From Metasolibacillus fluoroglycofenilyticus (lineage in GTDB: Bacteria > Bacillota > Bacilli > Bacillales_A > Planococcaceae), in assembly GCF_003049645.1 (NCBI RefSeq), contig NZ_PYWK01000001.1, positions 1,123,487 to 1,147,486 on the forward strand: DNA of 24,000 nt, read 5' to 3'. Shown piece by piece: positions 18,021-24,000 of the stretch (positions within the stretch are counted from its first letter, which is position 1; every line of letters starts with the position of its first letter). Made by a program: the position numbers and the translations under genes. A model generated the notes under the pieces. It did no database searches. It saw only the letters and a list, made by a program, of their open reading frames with translations, and was not told where the DNA came from.

Positions 18021-19442
18021 ATGCAACAAGAAAATGAATTTACGAAATGGTATTTGAAAACAATTCAAGATGCGGAGTTAATGGATTATACACCTGTTCG
18101 CGGCTGTATTACGTTTCGACCAGATGGCTATGAAATTTGGGAGCATATTCAAGCTGCTATGGACCAGCGTTTTAAAGAGACAGGGCATCGCAATGCTTAT
18201 TTCCCGATGTTAATTCCTGAATCATTTTTCGAAAAGGAAAAGGACCATATTGAAGGCTTTTCACCTGAGTTGCCATGGGTGACGGAGGCGGCAGGAGAGC
18301 CTTTGGAGGAACGATTAGCTTTGCGACCAACATCTGAAACGATGATTGGGCATCTTTATGCAAAATGGGTGAAAAGCTATCGTGATTTACCACTGCTGTT
18401 AAATCAATGGGCGAATGTTTTCCGATGGGAGAAGAAAACATTGCCGTTTATCCGTACATCGGAGTTTTTGTGGCAGGAGGGACATACTGCACATGAAAAT
18501 GAGAAAGAGGCGCGTCAGGAAACGATGCAAATGCTCGCTATTTATAAGGAGGTCGTAGAAAATATTTTAGCGATTCCTGTATATGAGGGCACAAAAACAG
18601 AGTCAGAGCGATTTGCTGGTGCTGTCGATACATTTTCAATTGAAGCGATGATGAAGGATGGCAAGGCGGTACAGGCAGGTACATCTCACTATTTAGGGAC
18701 AAAGTTTGCAGAGGCCTTTGATATTAAATACCTTAACAAAAATAATGAGCATCAGTATGTGCATACGACTTCTTGGGGTACTTCGACACGACTAATTGGC
18801 TCAGTCATTATGGTGCATGGCGATGAAAAAGGATTGGTTTTACCACCGAAAATTGCCCCAACACAGGTCGTGCTAATGCCAGTCGGTCCATTTAAAAAGC
18901 ATCCAGAAATTTTAGAGAAGCTTGAGGAAATTCAACTAGCTTTAAAGGGTAAAGGCATCCGTGCGAAGCTAGATGATACAGACCAAACAGCAGGCTTTAA
19001 ATTTAACAAATGGGAGCAAAAAGGCGCTGCTTTGCGTGTTGAGCTTGGCCCTCGTGATTATCAAAATGGGCAAGCGATAGTTAAAACTCGTGATGAAGAG
19101 GAGAAACAAACAGTGAGTTTGGCACAATTAATCACAGTCATTGAGGAAGAGCTTGAAGTCATGCAGACACGTCTTTTGACAAAGGCGCGCGCGTTTAGAG
19201 ATGCCCACTCTCATACGGCAATCGACACAATGACACAGCTTGAGCAACATATCGAAGCAAACAAAGTGCCAGGTTGGATTTTAGCAGGCTGGTGTGGCAG
19301 TGTGGAATGTGAGCAAAAGGTAAAGGAACAAACAAAATTCACAACACGTAATATCCCATTCAATTCGCCTATCGAAAAGAAGACATGCATTTGCTGTGAG
19401 CAACCAGCTCAGCATACGGTTTGGTTTGCTAGAGCTTATTGA
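18021..19442 (+). CDS. proS: Prolyl-tRNA synthetase, archaeal/eukaryotic-like short type
   Basis: 'RPTSETMIGHLYAKWVKSYRDLPLLLNQWANVFRWEKKTLPFIRTSEFLWQEGHTAH' and 'GDEKGLVLPPKIAPTQVV'; AAAGGAG RBS before ATG 18021. Confidence 0.93.
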   Translation: MQQENEFTKWYLKTIQDAELMDYTPVRGCITFRPDGYEIWEHIQAAMDQRFKETGHRNAYFPMLIPESFFEKEKDHIEGFSPELPWVTEAAGEPLEERLALRPTSETMIGHLYAKWVKSYRDLPLLLNQWANVFRWEKKTLPFIRTSEFLWQEGHTAHENEKEARQETMQMLAIYKEVVENILAIPVYEGTKTESERFAGAVDTFSIEAMMKDGKAVQAGTSHYLGTKFAEAFDIKYLNKNNEHQYVHTTSWGTSTRLIGSVIMVHGDEKGLVLPPKIAPTQVVLMPVGPFKKHPEILEKLEEIQLALKGKGIRAKLDDTDQTAGFKFNKWEQKGAALRVELGPRDYQNGQAIVKTRDEEEKQTVSLAQLITVIEEELEVMQTRLLTKARAFRDAHSHTAIDTMTQLEQHIEANKVPGWILAGWCGSVECEQKVKEQTKFTTRNIPFNSPIEKKTCICCEQPAQHTVWFARAY

Positions 19443-19557
19443 TGATGGTTGAAATTCCCTTTCATTCTTTTTATACTACTTATAAGTGAAATGGTAGGGA
19501 AAAATATAAAGGCTATCTGTCTAGTAAATATTTGCAGTGAAAGAAACATCTATAGAC

Positions 19558-19606
19558 AGAAGGCGCATTGAAATGTTAAGTACATTTCAATGCGCCTTCT
19601 TTGTTT
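19558..19606 (+). terminator. Strong intrinsic terminator after proS
   Basis: 19-bp perfect stem AGAAGGCGCATTGAAATGT / ACATTTCAATGCGCCTTCT (19558-19576/19582-19600) followed by a T-rich tract. Confidence 0.9.
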
Positions 19607-19691
19607 TTTTATTCCAGACTACAAAAATAAAATGAACTTTCTTGAACTCCCGTTTGTATAGTAAGTAAATAAATGAATAGGGCGTGTTCGA

Positions 19692-20411
19692 ATGAAACTT
19701 TCTTTACAAGACATTATGAAAACATATAACGGACAGGTAGTTTTAAATCGATTTTCTGCCACATTTTCAGCAGGAGGCTGCTATTTGTTGCTAGGGGAAA
19801 ATGGCGCAGGGAAATCGACGCTAGCAAAATGCATTGCGGGAGATATTGTTTATGATAGCGGGACAATGCATTATCAACGTAACCGCCTAGTAGCAGAAGA
19901 TGTAGCGTTACAGTACCAAGCATTTGATAGCTATAGCCATTTGAAAATTGCTGAGGTAATTCGTCTTTTTCAAGCGTTGACAGGGAGTTCAAAGGATTTA
20001 ACAGAGCTACATAACTTGCTAGAACTTACTACATATAGCCATGTTTTAGTAAAAAATGCCTCTGGTGGTCAACGCAAGGCATTGTCAATTTATTTAGCGT
20101 TTTTATTAAATAAACCAATTATTTTGCTTGATGAGCCGTTTGCAGATTTGGATTTAATGAAGAAAAAACAGTTTGCTGCCTTTTTACAAAAGGAGATTAA
20201 ACAGTCGCAGTGCATTATCATCGTAATTAGCCATGAAGTAGCAGGCTTTGAATCGCTATTCGATGCGATTTATATTTTACAAAATGGTCAGCTAGCAGAT
20301 TACGGTACATTAAATGTTTTGGAGGAAAAATACCCGAACTCTATGCTTAAGGGTATTGAAGGCATTTATTTTGAAGTAACAGGAAAAGTATTAGGAGGGC
20401 GAGTAGGATGA
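19692..20411 (+). CDS. ABC transporter ATP-binding protein
   Basis: 'LLLGENGAGKSTLAKCIAG', 'NASGGQRKALSIYLAFLLNKPIILLDEPFADLD'. Confidence 0.92.
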   Translation: MKLSLQDIMKTYNGQVVLNRFSATFSAGGCYLLLGENGAGKSTLAKCIAGDIVYDSGTMHYQRNRLVAEDVALQYQAFDSYSHLKIAEVIRLFQALTGSSKDLTELHNLLELTTYSHVLVKNASGGQRKALSIYLAFLLNKPIILLDEPFADLDLMKKKQFAAFLQKEIKQSQCIIIVISHEVAGFESLFDAIYILQNGQLADYGTLNVLEEKYPNSMLKGIEGIYFEVTGKVLGGRVG

Positions 20412-21154
20412 TAAAACAAATTACACACACATTTATGTTAGAAAGCATGCGTAATTATGGAGTAGGCTTTGGCAATGTGTTACCAGCATTTATTTTTTTT
20501 ATCATGTCCTTTATTATAAAGTTTGTTGTTAATGAGGAAACATTTCAATACATGGTGAAGGGACAGTTTTTGCCAGTTTCAATTTTGCTACTGCTATTCT
20601 CTTTTGCTTTTTCGAGTGCTACGATTTATTTAGCAGATATGAAGGCAAATCGCACATTTGATTGGCTAAAGCGTACAAAAGTTGCACCTTCTACTTATTA
20701 TATTGGGATGGGTATCGGTGTATTTGCATTAGTAAATATTGCATTAATATTGTTATTAGGTTGCTATAAACTATTAATTGATATTACTTGGAGTAATTTT
20801 TTACTTATATTATTAATGTGCAATTTCGTTTTGCTTGCATTATATCCATTAAGCTTTATTTTGGCAGGGCTTTTTAAAAATGGCAAAGTGGCACAAAGTA
20901 TGCTTGTGCCAACGATGATTTTATTGATGTTTTCGATAACGATGACAACGATGTTCTTAACGCTTGCGGGCAAGGATCCACAGCAATATTTTATTTTTTT
21001 AGTGTGGAATCCAATGCTTTATTTGAATGATAGCTTACAATATTATTTAGGCTTAACGACAAATACATGGCTTCCCTTGTATCAGTATTGTATTATTTTG
21101 GCAGGTTGGAGCTTAATACTTATGCTGATTGCACGCAAAGTTTATCCCGTATGA
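20408..21154 (+). CDS. ABC transporter permease (ABC-2-like)
   Basis: 4-nt overlap with the ATPase; six hydrophobic segments, 248 aa. Confidence 0.85.
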   Translation: MIKQITHTFMLESMRNYGVGFGNVLPAFIFFIMSFIIKFVVNEETFQYMVKGQFLPVSILLLLFSFAFSSATIYLADMKANRTFDWLKRTKVAPSTYYIGMGIGVFALVNIALILLLGCYKLLIDITWSNFLLILLMCNFVLLALYPLSFILAGLFKNGKVAQSMLVPTMILLMFSITMTTMFLTLAGKDPQQYFIFLVWNPMLYLNDSLQYYLGLTTNTWLPLYQYCIILAGWSLILMLIARKVYPV

Positions 21155-21299
21155 ACAGGCTGTAAGATCCTCCTTCAAAAACACCAGATAAAATCAGGCC
21201 GTTGAAGTGGGGGATCAAACAGCCTGTAAAAACCCGATTGGTGAAACTACTAATCAGTGGGGGGATGAGGACCCCCACTGATTGAAGATTCACTTTATC
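21143..21299. repeat. bcr1-like structured repeat (copy A)
   Basis: Starts TATCCCGTATGAACAGGC and ends CCCCCACTGATTGAAGATTCACTTTATC; aligns along its length with 23667-23818. Confidence 0.65.
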
Positions 21300-21316
21300 A
21301 CAGATAGGAGGAAAGA

Positions 21317-21700
21317 ATGATGGGAGCTGGCTGGATTGTTTCGCTAATTGTTGGAGGGCTATGGATAATTATCATTTTAGCAATTATTATACCCTTTGAC
21401 AGAAAGCATATTGTACGAGAAAATCGCAAAATTAATTATCGTAAAACGACGATTTATTTGCGCTGGAATGTTTTTGATACATTAATATTTGTTTTAGGCA
21501 TTTATACAATTGTTTGTGTGCAGGCTTTAAATATGCTGATTTCAAGAGGGGAAGATGTAACGAGCCCTTATGTTCAATTTTTTACAAATCAATCACAAGT
21601 ATGGGTGATTATTATTGTGATTTATTCATTTGTACGTATATCAAGCACTTTAAAATCCATCAAAGCCCACTTGGAGGATGAGCTAGATGATGACAAATGA
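21317..21700 (+). CDS. Small membrane protein of unknown function, first gene of ECF sigma factor operon
   Basis: AGGAGGAAAG RBS; hydrophobic helices; overlaps the start of the sigma factor gene. Confidence 0.65.
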   Translation: MMGAGWIVSLIVGGLWIIIILAIIIPFDRKHIVRENRKINYRKTTIYLRWNVFDTLIFVLGIYTIVCVQALNMLISRGEDVTSPYVQFFTNQSQVWVIIIVIYSFVRISSTLKSIKAHLEDELDDDK

Positions 21701-22214
21701 AGATTTAATGTTTGCTTATCAAAAGGGGGATGCTGAGGCGTTTAATAACCTGTATAATCAATTGTATAAGCCTTTGTACAGCTTTTTATTTCGCTATACG
21801 GGTGAGGAACAGTTAAGTATTGATATTGTACAGGATACATTTGAGCAGCTACAAAAAAAGCGTCAAGATTTTGATGTGCAAAAGGGCACTGTAAAATCAT
21901 ACATATTTCAAATTGGCTATCGTTTATTAATTAATAAGCTTAATCGTAGGAAAAAGTGGCGTAGCTTTTTTCCATTTTTAGTACCTATGCAGATGACTTC
22001 TTTTTCAACGGAGGATAAGCTTGTGGTGCAGCAAGCGATTGCCAAGCTACCAGAAAAGCAGCGCGGTGTTATTTTACTTGCGTACTATCATGATTTGCAG
22101 CAGGATGATATTGCTAAAATTTTAGCGATACCTGTTGGGACGGTTAAGTCGAGATTACATCAAGCATTAAAGCGTTTAAAAGAGGAGTTGGAGGAGGATT
22201 TTCATGCTGAATAA
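21687..22214 (+). CDS. RNA polymerase sigma-70 family factor, ECF-like
   Basis: Region 2 'FNNLYNQLYKPLYSFLFRYTGEEQLSIDIVQDTFEQL'; region 4 'AIAKLPEKQRGVILLAYYHDLQQDDIAKILAIPVGTVKSRLHQALKRLKEEL'. Confidence 0.93.
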   Translation: MMTNEDLMFAYQKGDAEAFNNLYNQLYKPLYSFLFRYTGEEQLSIDIVQDTFEQLQKKRQDFDVQKGTVKSYIFQIGYRLLINKLNRRKKWRSFFPFLVPMQMTSFSTEDKLVVQQAIAKLPEKQRGVILLAYYHDLQQDDIAKILAIPVGTVKSRLHQALKRLKEELEEDFHAE

Positions 22215-22458
22215 GGAATGGAAAAAGGAGCAAAAGCTACAGCAGCACCTTGACCAATTTGAGGTGCAAATCCCTGAGAAGCTAGCGACCTATAAAAAAA
22301 GTCGCTTAGACCGTTTTATTACATATTTAGGTTCACCTGCGAAAGACCCATTGGAGAAATGGAACAGTACATCAGCAGGCTACACAGCACTGCGTATTAT
22401 GCCGATTGTTTGCGGGTTAGTACTGGCAATTGTGCAGTGGCTAAGCATTGGAATATAA
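22204..22458 (+). CDS. Small protein with C-terminal TM segment, possible anti-sigma/accessory factor
   Basis: Overlaps the sigma factor 3' end; charged N-terminus and terminal hydrophobic segment IMPIVCGLVLAIVQWLSIGI. Confidence 0.55.
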   Translation: MLNKEWKKEQKLQQHLDQFEVQIPEKLATYKKSRLDRFITYLGSPAKDPLEKWNSTSAGYTALRIMPIVCGLVLAIVQWLSIGI

Positions 22459-22582
22459 GTTGAAAATAATGAGTAGCCTGCGAGCATTTCAATAGGCTGT
22501 ATTTATTTTTAATTCAAAGGAAAAGCTACACACCCTAGTGTTTATCATATTTTTTCAGAGAAACTCTTCTTTATTATCGACA

Positions 22583-22625
22583 AAGGCGTCCAAAAGCAGG
22601 CAATGCACTACTTTTTGGATGCCCT
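22583..22625. terminator. Terminator-like hairpin, repeated family (copy 3), between convergent genes
   Basis: AAGGCGTCCAAAAGCAGGCAATGCACTACTTTTTGGATGCCCTC. Confidence 0.7.
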
Positions 22626-22632
22626 CGCCCCA

Positions 22633-23427
22633 TTAGTTTTTATAACGTAACATATTCCAAAAGCCGATATCCTCAAAGCCTAGACGTTTATAAATAGCAC
22701 CAGCGGCAGGGTTGTCATAAAAAAGGCACAGTGATTTGCCTTCGTCTAGTAGCTCGCTACAAAGCTTTTGCATACATTTTGTGGCGTAGCCTTTTTTCTT
22801 ATAGTTTTCAAGTGTAGCAACAGCAACAACCATGGCGGATAGGCTGTTTTCAGCTGTCGTCGAAGCTGTTGAAACCATTACACCATCTTCTCGCATAAAA
22901 TAAGTGCGTCCTGTTTTGCTTTCTAATACGCGTAGCTTTCCCTCAACTGTAATGGGGGTGCCTTCGAACTCAGGAATGGTCGATAATAATGCAATATTTT
23001 CCTCAATTTCGTCGCGTGTAAGGAGTTCAACATGTTGTAACTCTTGCTCCTCATAAATTTTTTGCAACTCCGTACATTTCGCATAATAAAGCTCTTGTTT
23101 TTTGAACAATTCTTTATGAATATAGGGCTCAAGCAGGTCTGTAAGATGCTTGAGACCAGATAGCTCAGTCATCTCGTCGTCGCTGTTTATAATAGCTGCA
23201 AAGCCTTGTACATCGAAGGCTCCTTGTGCATAAGGGATATAGTTGCTCTCATATTTTAGCAGAACAGCGATTAGCTCCTCTCCTTCAAACTGTCCCCAAA
23301 TTTTTTGAAATGGCTGGTCGTAGCCAAATGCCTCAATATCTCCAATAATGAAAAGATTTTCAGCGGGCTGCTGTTGGACGAGTGCCATGCAAATGTCGTG
23401 GTCTGCTGTAGTCAAAAGTCGTATCAT
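22633..23427 (-). CDS. GNAT family N-acetyltransferase
   Basis: C-terminal 'NSLSAMVVAVATLENYKKKGYATKCMQKLCSELLDEGKSLCLFYDNPAAGAIYKRLGFEDIGFW'. Confidence 0.85.
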   Translation of the reverse strand: MIRLLTTADHDICMALVQQQPAENLFIIGDIEAFGYDQPFQKIWGQFEGEELIAVLLKYESNYIPYAQGAFDVQGFAAIINSDDEMTELSGLKHLTDLLEPYIHKELFKKQELYYAKCTELQKIYEEQELQHVELLTRDEIEENIALLSTIPEFEGTPITVEGKLRVLESKTGRTYFMREDGVMVSTASTTAENSLSAMVVAVATLENYKKKGYATKCMQKLCSELLDEGKSLCLFYDNPAAGAIYKRLGFEDIGFWNMLRYKN

Positions 23428-23527
23428 GGTATCTCCTCCTTAAAAGGTAAATTAATGCAATGATAGAGAAAAAGTTTCCATATGTCAACCGTATTTTAAC
23501 AGAAATTTTGCAAAACGTAGAATAAAA

Positions 23528-23554
23528 AAGCGAGGGGCAATGCCCTCACTTTCA
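23528..23554 (-). terminator. Hairpin, likely minus-strand terminator
   Basis: Minus strand GTGAGGGCattGCCCCTCGCTTTTTT. Confidence 0.6.
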
Positions 23555-23666
23555 TTCGCAATAAATCGATTCAAGCTCACTCTTATTTAAGGTTAACACC
23601 GCTAAAGTTGATGTTTTCCCTCATTCTCAAAGAAAGCTTATATTTTTTTCATAGGAGCTACCATTG

Positions 23667-23818
23667 TATCCCGCATTAACGGGCAATAAGCCTCCCACTT
23701 CAAGGCTTAAATGAAATCGGTATAAGGCTAAGTGGGAGACCAACTGCTGGTAAAAGCCCGAATGGTTCAACTAACATTCAGTGGGGAGAGCGCCCACTGA
23801 ATGAAGTTTCATTTTATC
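23667..23818. repeat. bcr1-like structured repeat (copy B)
   Basis: TATCCCGCATTAACGGGCAATAAG...GTAAAAGCCCGAATGGTTCAACTAACATTCAGTGGGGAGAGCGCCCACTGAATGAAGTTTCATTTTATC; compare copy A. Confidence 0.7.
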
Positions 23819-23823
23819 CAAAC

Positions 23824-23865
23824 AGCGTCCCAAAAGTGGGCAACTGCACGGCTTTTGAGACGCGA
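23824..23865. terminator. Terminator-like hairpin, repeated family (copy 4)
   Basis: AGCGTCCCAAAAGTGGGCAACTGCACGGCTTTTGAGACGC, directly 3' of the minus-strand aminotransferase. Confidence 0.7.
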
Positions 23866-23867
23866 CT

Positions 23868-24000
23868 TTACAAAATGCTGCCTAAGCGTTTAATACCTTC
23901 CTCAATAATTTCAGGTGTGGAGTTTGTGTAGTTGAGGCGCATTGTATGAACATCGCCCGGATTTATATAAAACGGATTCCCTGGTACAAATGCAACTTTT
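23868..24000 (-). CDS. C-terminus of PLP-dependent aminotransferase (MocR/2-aminoadipate aminotransferase-like), truncated by window end
   Basis: Minus strand encodes ...KVAFVPGNPFYINPGDVHTMRLNYTNSTPEIIEEGIKRLGSIL*; FVPG-x-F and MRLNY/F motifs. Absent from the supplied ORF track. Confidence 0.8.
   Translation of the reverse strand, partial: KVAFVPGNPFYINPGDVHTMRLNYTNSTPEIIEEGIKRLGSIL

Noticed and set aside
21143-21299. Simple intrinsic terminator for the ABC permease operon
   Set aside because: The terminal hairpin is strong but has no T-run, and the whole 157-bp sequence aligns with a second copy, so a plain terminator does not explain it.
1-24000. Defence island, prophage, toxin-antitoxin or transposon
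   Set aside because: No integrase, transposase, nuclease, helicase, reverse transcriptase or phage structural genes seen; nearly all genes are metabolic, transport or regulatory families.

Overview
This 24 kb window looks like an ordinary low-GC Firmicute chromosome, probably Lysinibacillus/Solibacillus-like (taxonomy is an inference). It opens with the conserved Bacillales block bshA(partial)-cca-birA-panB-panC-panD. After that come two tandem ABC-F ATPases, a NUDIX hydrolase, an AIM24-family protein, a membrane protein, a MerR regulator with a DUF4260-like protein, a USP/SulP pair, an UPF0316-like membrane protein, a WYL regulator with a GyrI-like protein, an acetamidase/formamidase, a T-box leader with archaeal-type proS, an ABC ATPase/permease pair, an ECF-like sigma factor operon, a GNAT-like protein, and the C-terminus of a PLP-dependent aminotransferase on the minus strand. 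I found no CRISPR, transposase, prophage or recognisable defence system. The most interesting signals are non-coding: (1) a leader-peptide plus mutually exclusive hairpin arrangement before the second ABC-F gene; (2) a long structured leader ending in a terminator only ~35 nt before panB; (3) two ~155 bp bcr1-like structured repeats at 21.14-21.30 kb and 23.67-23.82 kb, whose stems differ in sequence but stay paired; (4) four copies of a terminator-like hairpin family with a conserved loop; (5) two degenerate arrays with a ~21-nt period and GCRAAT core; (6) two near-identical SigW-type ECF promoters.
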